Below are positions 19,633 to 26,667 of a stretch of 26,667 nt of DNA, one piece after another. Position 1 is the first letter of the stretch; each line of letters opens with the position of its first letter. The position numbers and the translations under genes are program-made. The notes beneath the pieces were generated by a model. That model was given only the letters and a program-made list of their open reading frames with translations, was not told the origin of the DNA and ran no database searches. The DNA is from an uncultured Dehalococcoidales bacterium (GTDB taxonomy: Bacteria > Chloroflexota > Dehalococcoidia > E44-bin15): positions 1-26,667 of the forward strand of contig CAYGXY010000127.1 in the NCBI GenBank assembly GCA_964354045.1, read 5' to 3'.

Positions 19633-20832
19633 CTATACAGCCCGCAAGCTCTCAATGGGACTGACCCTGGCCGCTCTAAGTGCAGGATATAATCCACCTA
19701 TGATTCCCATAGCCACACCGAAGCTCACAATAATCAATACCAACCGCCACGTAATAATACCAATGTCGACGTTCAAATATCCATTTATGGCCTGCAATGC
19801 GCTGTAGCCTATGAGAAGTCCAACAGCAGCCCCCAGCAGACCTACAGTGACCGACTGTCCGACCACTGAACCAACTATGTTGATATTAGACCAGCCGGAC
19901 GCCTTCAAGATACCAAATTCCTTGGTTCTCTCAATAACTGATATAAGCATTACTATGAATATAGAAAATCCTCCGGCTATTGCAGCCACTAACGAAACTA
20001 TCCAGAGAAAACTGCGAAACGTATCCATCATGCTGGCAAAGCTTTCCATCATATCAGTGGCAACTTTTGCAGTAACGGGGACCTCGCGATCCGCAAAAAG
20101 CGACTTTATTTCATCCGCGACATCTTGTACATATATGATATCAGTCGCTTCCACATGGATGTAATTAACCTCACCTGCCGCCAGTGTTGGCATCAGCTTC
20201 CGCGCTGTATCGATATCAGTGTATATTACTCCATCATATAAATGATTCCCCGTTTCGAATATGCCGACCACAGTCAGAGCAACACTACTATTACCTACAG
20301 GAAAGTTTATTTCCCCGCCGACCTCGGCATAATCTCCGCCCTTCGCCTTGCCGAATATAGCCAGCATATTGCCTAAAATTACCTCATCCTTCCCTGACTC
20401 TGGTGCTCTACCTGTGATTATATTGCTTTGATCAAAAGGATTATTCTCTCCGAGTAGCACAGCCGCCTGTTCATCAGCACCTCTCAAGGACGATCCCATA
20501 GGATCGCCAAAATCGGCAACCTCCGTAGGAACGAACGCCATTATCAGAGGAGACACGGCTTCTTCCTTCACATTATCGATCTGCTTGATTTCATCCACAT
20601 AGGATTCCGGAAATCCGATCTGGCTCGGCATTATATACCCTAATGGTGCGGACTCAGGATATACCGCTATCCAACCCGCCACCTCGTTCATCGTCGAGCT
20701 CATCTGAGCATCCATGCCATCAGAAATAGAAAGGAGCACCGTCATCAACGCAACGCCTAACGCAGTACCAAAGATAGCTATAATAGCTATCCCCTTCCTC
20801 CTGAAGGCATTGAGAATTGAAAACTTAAGCAC
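19633..20832 (-). CDS. ABC transporter permease, MacB-PCD/FtsX-like (1 + 3 TM topology), inserted in the S10 operon
   Basis: N-terminal TM (IAIIAIFGTALGVALMTVLLSI), a ~240-aa extracytoplasmic region, then ERTKEFGILKASG and three C-terminal TMs ending PALRAARVSPIESL. Start re-called to GTG 20832 with TAAGG 6 nt upstream. Confidence 0.92.
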   Translation of the reverse strand: MLKFSILNAFRRKGIAIIAIFGTALGVALMTVLLSISDGMDAQMSSTMNEVAGWIAVYPESAPLGYIMPSQIGFPESYVDEIKQIDNVKEEAVSPLIMAFVPTEVADFGDPMGSSLRGADEQAAVLLGENNPFDQSNIITGRAPESGKDEVILGNMLAIFGKAKGGDYAEVGGEINFPVGNSSVALTVVGIFETGNHLYDGVIYTDIDTARKLMPTLAAGEVNYIHVEATDIIYVQDVADEIKSLFADREVPVTAKVATDMMESFASMMDTFRSFLWIVSLVAAIAGGFSIFIVMLISVIERTKEFGILKASGWSNINIVGSVVGQSVTVGLLGAAVGLLIGYSALQAINGYLNVDIGIITWRLVLIIVSFGVAMGIIGGLYPALRAARVSPIESLRAV

Positions 20833-21529
20833 TTGCTGCCTTATTCTTATTGGTACTTGCTGCCTTATTTTTATCGGTAGAAGGAGTGGCAGAAGGTGCA
20901 GCACCACCGGCTGCCATAATTGATTTCTTCACGAGGAGAATACCATCCTTTGCTCCCGGAACAGCTCCACGAACTAATAATAAATTCTTCTCTGCATTCG
21001 CCTCTACTACCTTGAGGCCACGCACTGTAGCACGCGCATTCCCCATGTGGCCTGCCATGCGCAAACCTTTCCAAACCCTTCCCGGAAAGGTTGTAGAGCC
21101 TATAGCTCCCGGTGCACGATGACGATCTGATTGGCCGTGAGTTTTAGGGCCCCCACTGAAATGATGCCGTTTTACACCTCCGGCAAAACCCTTTCCCTTG
21201 GATATTCCGATTACATCGACAATATCTCCAGGTTTGAAGATACTCACGTCTACCTTTTGACCAACCTCTAGAGAAGCGACATCGTCCGAGCGAAACTCCC
21301 TGAGATATTTTAGATTTCCGGTCTTTTTTAAATGCCCCTTCTCCGGCTGCGTAAGTCGCTTGGTATCACCAAATCCCAATTGAACAGCATTATACCCCTC
21401 TTTTTCAGCCCGCTTAACTTGAGTTATAAAGCAAGGTCCAGCCTCAATAGCAGTTACCTGAACTATGTTTCTGTTCTCATTGAACAACTGCGCCATGCCT
21501 TTTTTTCGTCCGATAATTCCGTTTATCAT
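20825..21529 (-). CDS. rplC: 50S ribosomal protein L3 (uL3) with 31-aa C-terminal tail
   Basis: G.K.GM, GYNAVQLG, SKGKGFAGGVKRH.F, PGRVWKG.RMAGHMG and LLLVRGAVPG. Confidence 0.97.
   Translation of the reverse strand: MINGIIGRKKGMAQLFNENRNIVQVTAIEAGPCFITQVKRAEKEGYNAVQLGFGDTKRLTQPEKGHLKKTGNLKYLREFRSDDVASLEVGQKVDVSIFKPGDIVDVIGISKGKGFAGGVKRHHFSGGPKTHGQSDRHRAPGAIGSTTFPGRVWKGLRMAGHMGNARATVRGLKVVEANAEKNLLLVRGAVPGAKDGILLVKKSIMAAGGAAPSATPSTDKNKAASTNKNKAASA
20831..20878. repeat. Two-copy 24-nt tandem direct repeat at the rplC/permease junction
   Basis: acttgctgccttattcttattggt (20831-20854) vs acttgctgccttatttttatcggt (20855-20878), 22/24 identical. It encodes TDKNKAAS/TNKNKAAS in L3. Confidence 0.9.
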
Positions 21530-21613
21530 ATCCTTACACTTCTTCTTAAATATTATTTATACAGCTACATTCCTAATATATTATTCCCAATTTTGAATAA
21601 ACGTAATGAATAT

Positions 21614-21922
21614 TTAAAGTTTTATTTCTATATCAACACCAGCTGGTAAATCCAACTTGGTTAACGTATCGATTGTTCTTGACGACGGTTCCACGATATC
21701 AATTAAACGCTTATGCGTACGAATCTCAAACTGCTCACGAGAATCCTTGTCAACATTTGGGGAACGGTTAACACAAAATTTCTTTATATGGGTGGGCAAA
21801 GGCACTGGACCAACTACTTTGGCACCAGTCTGTTCTGCAGCCTCAACTATTTGCGCTGCTGATTGATCGAGAATCCTGTGATCGAAAGCCTTAAGTTTTA
21901 TACGTATTTTTTGCTTTGGCAT
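21614..21922 (-). CDS. rpsJ: 30S ribosomal protein S10 (uS10)
   Basis: [34 protein letters not shown] and [11 protein letters not shown]. Confidence 0.98.
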   Translation of the reverse strand: MPKQKIRIKLKAFDHRILDQSAAQIVEAAEQTGAKVVGPVPLPTHIKKFCVNRSPNVDKDSREQFEIRTHKRLIDIVEPSSRTIDTLTKLDLPAGVDIEIKL

Positions 21923-24003
21923 AAAACCGGTCCTCCCCCTTTAAAATGAAGTTGTTCAGTTAAATTAAGAGGCATTTCTTCATATCTATAGAATTCCATA
22001 GTATATGTAGCCCTGCCTTGACTCATAGACCTAAGGTTAGTTGCATATCCGAAAGTCTCAGACAAGGGAATTAAGCATCGGATACTACGCGAGTTGCCAC
22101 GGCTATCAATACTGCCTATCTGAGCTCTCCTGGAGTTTAAGTCTCCTAATATGTCACCAATAGATTCATCCGATGTCACGATCTCCATCTTCATTACTGG
22201 TTCGAGCATTATTGGTTTAGCTTTCTTTACGCCTTCCTTTAATGCTATTGCTCCAGCTATCTTGAATGCTATGTCAGATGAATCAACTTCATGATAACTA
22301 CCATCATATAGAGTAGCTTTGATATCGGTTAATGGATATCCCAACAGGGCTCCACCCTCCATCGCCTCTTTAATGCCAATTTCCACATGACGTATAAATT
22401 GTTTAGGAATTGCGCCGCCTTTTAATTTATCAGCAAACTGAAATCCGCTGCCTCGTTCGCCAGGCTGAAGCTCAACCATCACATGACCATACTGGCCTTT
22501 CCCTCCCGACTGTTTAATAAATCTTCCTTCAGCTTTCACAGGGACCGATATGGTCTCTTTATAAGCGACTCTTGGCTTTCCTACATTAGCATCAACCTGG
22601 AACTCCCGCATTAGACGATCGATAATAATATCCAGATGAAGCTCACCCATTCCTGATATGATTGTTTGTCCTGTCTCTTCATCATAGCGTGTAACGAAAG
22701 TAGGATCTTCCTGAACCAATTTCGCAAGGGATTCATCAAGCCTCTCTTGATCGGCTCTGGATTTCGGCTCTATAGTTACAAATATCACCGGTTCGGGGAA
22801 TCGAATAGTCTCAAGGACAATAGGAGCATTGGGATTACATAGCGTATCACCAGTGAATGTATCCTTTAATCCTACAGCAGCAGCAATATCTCCAGCTTCA
22901 ACTTGCTTTATCTCTTCACGACGGTTAGCATGCATCTGGAAAAGCTTCCCAATTCTCTCCTTAGAATCCCGCGTGGAGTTGTAAACATGGGACCCGACTA
23001 TTGCTTTACCCGAATAAATTCTAATATATACCAATCTCCCAAAGAACGGGTCTGATACTATTTTAAAAGCCAAAGCGGAAAATGGATCGCTTTCTGCCGG
23101 TGAGCGTTTAATCTCTTTATTGGTCTTAGGATCAAATCCAACCGCCGGCGGAATATCCAAAGGTGAAGGTAAATATGCTACGACAGCATCCAGTATTCGC
23201 TGTATTCCTTTACTGCGCAATGCGCTTCCACATAATACGGGGACAATCTTGTTACTTATGGTTGTCCGTCTCAGCGCCCCTAGAATGTCATTTACATCAA
23301 AGGTTGCGCCGTTGATGTAAATATTCATGAATTCTTCATCATTCTCAGCGAGTTGCTCAATTAATTCCTCACGATATCGAGCGCATAGTTTCAAACAATC
23401 ATCAGGTATTTCCTGCAGAATCGGTTCCTGCGTATAATCACCAGGATGGATCCACGCCTTTTCAATAATTATGTCGATTATACCCTTGAATGAACCCTCT
23501 TCTCCAATAGGTACTTGTATCGGAAGGGCGTTTGCCCCCAGCCTGTCTCTTATAGTCTTTATAGAGTTGTCAAAATCTGCACCGACTCTATCCATTTTAT
23601 TTATGAAGCAAATACGGGGGACATTGTAATGATCCGCTTGTCTCCATACCGTTTCCGATTGAGGTTCTACACCCGATACAGCATCAAAAACTACTATACC
23701 ACCATCGAGAACACGAAGGCTGCGTTCTACCTCTGCAGTGAAATCCACATGTCCTGGAGTATCAATTATATTAATACGGTGATCTAACCAATCGCATGTT
23801 ATAGCAGCTGCTGTAATGGTGATACCACGTTCCCTCTCCTGAGTCATCCAATCCATGGTCGTAGTACCATCATCTACTTCGCCAAGTTTATGGGTACAGC
23901 CTGTATAATAGAGGATCCGCTCAGTAAGAGTAGTCTTACCAGCATCAATATGGGCAATAATTCCAATATTACGTATCTTTTCAAGAGGAACTGAACCGCG
24001 CAT
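21898..24003 (-). CDS. fusA: Elongation factor G
   Basis: [33 protein letters not shown] and [12 protein letters not shown] 24003 preferred, just after the rpsG stop. Confidence 0.98.
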   Translation of the reverse strand: MRGSVPLEKIRNIGIIAHIDAGKTTLTERILYYTGCTHKLGEVDDGTTTMDWMTQERERGITITAAAITCDWLDHRINIIDTPGHVDFTAEVERSLRVLDGGIVVFDAVSGVEPQSETVWRQADHYNVPRICFINKMDRVGADFDNSIKTIRDRLGANALPIQVPIGEEGSFKGIIDIIIEKAWIHPGDYTQEPILQEIPDDCLKLCARYREELIEQLAENDEEFMNIYINGATFDVNDILGALRRTTISNKIVPVLCGSALRSKGIQRILDAVVAYLPSPLDIPPAVGFDPKTNKEIKRSPAESDPFSALAFKIVSDPFFGRLVYIRIYSGKAIVGSHVYNSTRDSKERIGKLFQMHANRREEIKQVEAGDIAAAVGLKDTFTGDTLCNPNAPIVLETIRFPEPVIFVTIEPKSRADQERLDESLAKLVQEDPTFVTRYDEETGQTIISGMGELHLDIIIDRLMREFQVDANVGKPRVAYKETISVPVKAEGRFIKQSGGKGQYGHVMVELQPGERGSGFQFADKLKGGAIPKQFIRHVEIGIKEAMEGGALLGYPLTDIKATLYDGSYHEVDSSDIAFKIAGAIALKEGVKKAKPIMLEPVMKMEIVTSDESIGDILGDLNSRRAQIGSIDSRGNSRSIRCLIPLSETFGYATNLRSMSQGRATYTMEFYRYEEMPLNLTEQLHFKGGGPVLCQSKKYV

Positions 24004-24008
24004 CAACC

Positions 24009-24479
24009 TCACCACCGATAGTGTACAAAGGCCCTGTTAGCCTCAGCCATCTTATGAGTATCTTCACGCTTTTTAATCGTAGCGCCCTGTTTCTTCGAAG
24101 CATCTATGAGTTCAGCGGCCAACTTTTCTGCCATGGACCTACCCGAACGCGCTTGAGCCGCCTTCAGCATCCACCTTATAGCAAGAGCAAACCCGCGATC
24201 CTGTTTGACCTCAATCGGGACCTGGTAAGTTGCGCCACCAACTCGACGGGGCTTTACTTCCAGAAGTGGAACGGCATTTTTAAGAGCTAGATCCAGTACA
24301 GCTACCGGATCGCCCTTTTCCTGCTCTGCTATGATATTCATAGCCCCATATACAATTTTCTCTGAAGTCGTTTTCTTACCACTTTTCATTATTCTAGTAA
24401 CTATCTTAGTAACGGTAACACTATGATACCGCGGGTCAGGGAGAACAGTCCGTTTAACTGATTTTGATCTTCTAGCCAT
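24009..24479 (-). CDS. rpsG: 30S ribosomal protein S7 (uS7)
   Basis: [18 protein letters not shown] and [19 protein letters not shown] 24479 is 1 nt after the rpsL stop. Confidence 0.98.
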   Translation of the reverse strand: MARRSKSVKRTVLPDPRYHSVTVTKIVTRIMKSGKKTTSEKIVYGAMNIIAEQEKGDPVAVLDLALKNAVPLLEVKPRRVGGATYQVPIEVKQDRGFALAIRWMLKAAQARSGRSMAEKLAAELIDASKKQGATIKKREDTHKMAEANRAFVHYRW

Positions 24480-24480
24480 T

Positions 24481-24909
24481 CTACGCTCCACCAGACTGTT
24501 TAGTCATCTTTGCACCATATTTACTTCGCCCCTGCTGCCGTTTCTCTACTCCGGTCGCATCCAGGGCGCCGCGCACGATGTGATATCTTACACCAGGCAG
24601 GTCTTTAACACGACCGCCACGTATGAGAACTACCGAGTGTTCCTGCAAGCTGTGCCCTTCACCAGGGATGTATGCAGTGACTTCCATCATATTAGATAGT
24701 CTAACTCTTGCAACCTTGCGAAGAGCCGAATTAGGTTTCTTCGGGGTTACAGTCTTTACCTGCGTACAAACTCCACGTTTCTGCGGTGATCCTTCCCCTG
24801 ATTTCATCCTTCTCTTAAGTGAATTATAGGTATAATGCAGCGCAGGAGTCTTCAGCTTCTTTTTACTTTTAACTCGCCCTTTTCGTACCAGCTGATTAAC
24901 AGTGGGCAC
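24481..24909 (-). CDS. rpsL: 30S ribosomal protein S12 (uS12)
   Basis: [27 protein letters not shown] and [12 protein letters not shown] 24909 follows SD GGAGGT. Carries the ~14-aa insertion (YTYNSLKRR...) seen in many Terrabacteria. Confidence 0.98.
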   Translation of the reverse strand: MPTVNQLVRKGRVKSKKKLKTPALHYTYNSLKRRMKSGEGSPQKRGVCTQVKTVTPKKPNSALRKVARVRLSNMMEVTAYIPGEGHSLQEHSVVLIRGGRVKDLPGVRYHIVRGALDATGVEKRQQGRSKYGAKMTKQSGGA

Positions 24910-25031
24910 AAACACCTCCAGTGAATAATTAAAGGCCGTAAGCCTCAAAGCTTAGCCGCTCTGCCATCTCGGCCTCGCTGGCTTATCGACCTTTGGCTTT
25001 TAGCTTTATCTCACTACAAATAAAGCACTAA
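24910..25031 (-). promoter_or_regulatory. Structured 5' leader of the superoperon (candidate cis-regulatory RNA)
   Basis: Hand-found helices GCUUUAU/AUAAAGC, AGGCCG/CGGCCU and UAAGCU-UUGA-GGCUUA, with alternative partners. Function inferred only. Confidence 0.45.
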
Positions 25032-25037
25032 AATAAG

Positions 25038-25066
25038 AATGTACCACTATTTACTCACTGTGTCAA
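25038..25066 (-). promoter_or_regulatory. Sigma70-type promoter of the ribosomal superoperon
   Basis: Minus strand TTGACA-N17-TACATT with an extended -10 TGn; expected +1 near 25031. Confidence 0.8.
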
Positions 25067-25075
25067 GTTTAATTA

Positions 25076-25104
25076 TTGACTATACCCATCGATAACCGTA
25101 TTCT
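25076..25104 (+). promoter_or_regulatory. Sigma70-type promoter of tlyA (divergent)
   Basis: TTGACT-N17-TATTCT, with ATG 8 nt downstream of the -10. Confidence 0.6.
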
Positions 25105-25111
25105 TTTAAAG

Positions 25112-25831
25112 ATGAAATACCGTATCGATGTCCTTTTAGTTGAGCGTGGACTAGCAGAAAGCCGTGAGAAAGCCCAGGCACTGATCATGGCGGGAGAGGT
25201 CTATGTCGATGACGTGGCAGCGATAAAGCCCTCGGCGCAGGTTGCGGAAGACTCCGCCATACGGCTTCGCGAGAAGCTGCCGTTCGTCGGAAGGGGTGGG
25301 ATGAAGCTGGCGCATGCGCTGGCCGAGTTCAATATCGATGCTACAGCGCTGATAGCAGCCGATGTGGGAGCTTCGACCGGTGGCTTTACCGATTGTCTAC
25401 TGCAACGTGGGGCGAGCAAGGTATACGCGATCGATGTCGGATACGGGCAAATCGATTACAAATTACGAACCGACCCGCGAGTCACAGTGATAGACCGCAC
25501 CAACGCGAGATATCCGTTACCTGTACCAGAACAAATAGACATAGCCACCATTGACGTATCCTTCATATCCCTCGAAAAAATTGTGCCGAATGTCGCAGAT
25601 ATAACAAAACGTGGCGGGAAAATAATATGTCTGGTAAAGCCGCAATTCGAGGCCGGCAAATCCATGGTCGAAAAAGGCGGCCTGGTGAAAGATCCCGCGG
25701 TACACGCCGGCGTGCTGGGAAAGTTCATATCATGGTCAATTAATAAAGGGTATAGGGTTATTGGGCTCACGCCGTCCCCGATATACGGCAGATCGGGGAA
25801 CAGGGAATTCTTTGTATTGCTAAGAGTTTAA
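25112..25831 (+). CDS. tlyA: TlyA-family rRNA (cytidine-2'-O)-methyltransferase (S4 + FtsJ-like domains)
   Basis: S4 domain RIDVLLVERGL..SR..A...I.AG.V, SAM motif DVGASTGGFTD, and K-D-K-E residues in GGMKL, DVSFISL, LVKPQFE, GNREF. Start re-called to ATG 25112. Confidence 0.93.
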   Translation: MKYRIDVLLVERGLAESREKAQALIMAGEVYVDDVAAIKPSAQVAEDSAIRLREKLPFVGRGGMKLAHALAEFNIDATALIAADVGASTGGFTDCLLQRGASKVYAIDVGYGQIDYKLRTDPRVTVIDRTNARYPLPVPEQIDIATIDVSFISLEKIVPNVADITKRGGKIICLVKPQFEAGKSMVEKGGLVKDPAVHAGVLGKFISWSINKGYRVIGLTPSPIYGRSGNREFFVLLRV

Positions 25832-26598
25832 TGATGAAAAAAGAAATTGTTTACTTCAAATCAGATGATCTCAAGCTGAAAGGACAGCTATTCATCCCTG
25901 AGAAGACCCCATGCCCGGTGCTGTGCCTGTGCCACGGCATGCCGCGTGGCGGTACAGCGGACCCGAACGACCGCGGCTACGCCGGTCTGGCTGAGCGGTT
26001 TACCGAAGAAGGATTCTTAACGGTAATATTCAACTTCAGGGGAGCCGGTGAAAGCGAAGGCAACTTCGACATACGTGGCTGGACACGCGACCTCAAGGTA
26101 GTGCTGGACCACATCTGCAAAATGAAAGAGGCCGACCAAAACAAAGTCGCATTAATGGGATTCAGCGCCGGCGCCGCCGTCTCGATATACGTGGCTGCAC
26201 AAGACAAGCGTATATCATCTGTTATCGCTTGCGCTTGCCCGGACACATCGAGACTAGCCAAGAATTGCGATCTGGCTCGAACCGTGATCGAGGACTATCG
26301 TAAGATGGGAGTCATCAAGGATGCGAACTTCCCGCCTTCGCTGCAATCATGGATGAAAGGCTTCGATGAGATATATTCAAACAAATGGATCGATAAGCTC
26401 TCGCCCCGTCCTATCCTTATTATTCATGGGGATCAGGACGACGTTGTATCCCCCTCCAGCGCATCCAATCTCTACGAACGGGCGGGAGAGCCCAAGGAAA
26501 TCATGATTATCAAAGGTGCCGGACACAGACTCCGCATATCAAAACAAGCAATGAATTACGCGCTCGACTGGCTCAAGCTTCATAACTTCAGGGATTGA
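25831..26598 (+). CDS. Alpha/beta-fold serine hydrolase, substrate unknown
   Basis: Oxyanion HG, FNFRG.GESEG, nucleophile GFSAG, acid HGDQDDVV and His GAGH. TAATG-coupled to tlyA. Confidence 0.88.
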   Translation: MMKKEIVYFKSDDLKLKGQLFIPEKTPCPVLCLCHGMPRGGTADPNDRGYAGLAERFTEEGFLTVIFNFRGAGESEGNFDIRGWTRDLKVVLDHICKMKEADQNKVALMGFSAGAAVSIYVAAQDKRISSVIACACPDTSRLAKNCDLARTVIEDYRKMGVIKDANFPPSLQSWMKGFDEIYSNKWIDKLSPRPILIIHGDQDDVVSPSSASNLYERAGEPKEIMIIKGAGHRLRISKQAMNYALDWLKLHNFRD

Positions 26599-26623
26599 CC
26601 CTGTCTCACGGGGAGAATATAAT
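26595..26623 (+). promoter_or_regulatory. Sigma70-type promoter for the next (truncated) gene
   Basis: TTGACC-N17-TATAAT; the -35 overlaps the hydrolase stop codon. Confidence 0.7.
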
Positions 26624-26647
26624 CATATCAGGGGAACGAAGACGCAG

Positions 26648-26667
26648 ATGAAAGAATGTTGTGCCCT
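26648..26667 (+). CDS. Possible start of the next gene (MKECCA...), truncated by the window edge
   Basis: ATG downstream of the 26595-26623 promoter with purine-rich AGGGGA about 12 nt upstream. Too short to identify. Confidence 0.3.

Noticed and set aside
18874-20832. ABC insert as an active mobile element
   Set aside because: No transposase, integrase, terminal inverted repeats or att-like sites were seen, and the junctions look co-adapted.
20831-20878. Direct repeat as a CRISPR remnant
   Set aside because: Two adjacent copies with no spacer, inside coding sequence, and no cas genes in the window.
18888-20893. TCTGCC hexamer near both ends of the ABC insert (20893-20888 and 18893-18888) as a target-site duplication
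   Set aside because: Only 6 nt with no flanking match, which is expected by chance. Excision at it would fuse L3 to L4 in frame, an implausible ancestral state.
20833-20907. 83-nt dual-coding overlap of rplC and the permease as given by the ORF track
   Set aside because: The upstream GTG (20907) has no SD and adds a non-homologous MVLHLLPLLLPIK... segment. GTG 20832 has TAAGG at good spacing and gives a family-typical N-terminus.
4594-24829. Many plus-strand ORFs antisense to ribosomal genes (e.g. 10501-10944, 15367-15810, 19292-19807)
   Set aside because: They are shadows of the real minus-strand genes, with no recognisable motifs, RBS or promoter. The 15367-15810 ORF simply mirrors the low-complexity S3 tail.
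24481-24909. Streptomycin-resistance alleles in S12
   Set aside because: [11 protein letters not shown] and VKDLPG are wild type at the K42/K87/P90-equivalent positions.
25112-25831. tlyA as a hemolysin/virulence gene
   Set aside because: The sequence shows an S4 domain, a SAM-binding motif and K-D-K-E residues of an rRNA methyltransferase; nothing in the context supports toxin function.

Overview
This window holds a complete str-S10-spc-alpha-truA-L13/S9 ribosomal protein superoperon on the minus strand (24909 to 2843, about 22 kb). Gene order and protein features suggest Chloroflexota, probably Dehalococcoidia (inference, not searched). It begins at a clear sigma70-type promoter (25038-25066) with a structured ~120-nt leader and ends at a bidirectional terminator (2772-2820). 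The left flank is a convergent sugar-nucleotide operon: a partial LbH nucleotidyltransferase, a PGM/PMM and a bifunctional PGI/PMI. The right flank is a divergent tlyA plus alpha/beta-hydrolase pair. The standout anomaly is an intact two-gene MacB/FtsX-LolD-type (type VII) ABC transporter inserted between rplC and rplD, which are normally adjacent. It is tightly joined to both: L3 has a 31-aa read-through tail whose stop overlaps the permease start, with a 24-nt tandem duplication at that junction, and the ATPase's last codons supply the rplD Shine-Dalgarno. Other observations: tuf is absent and fusA overlaps rpsJ; S3 has a ~150-aa charged tail; S11 has a CxxC replacing the conserved RPP motif; S10 and L16 functional loops carry substitutions; and third codon positions across the operon are much more AT-rich than in the flanks. 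No rRNA, tRNA, CRISPR array, transposase or integrase was seen.
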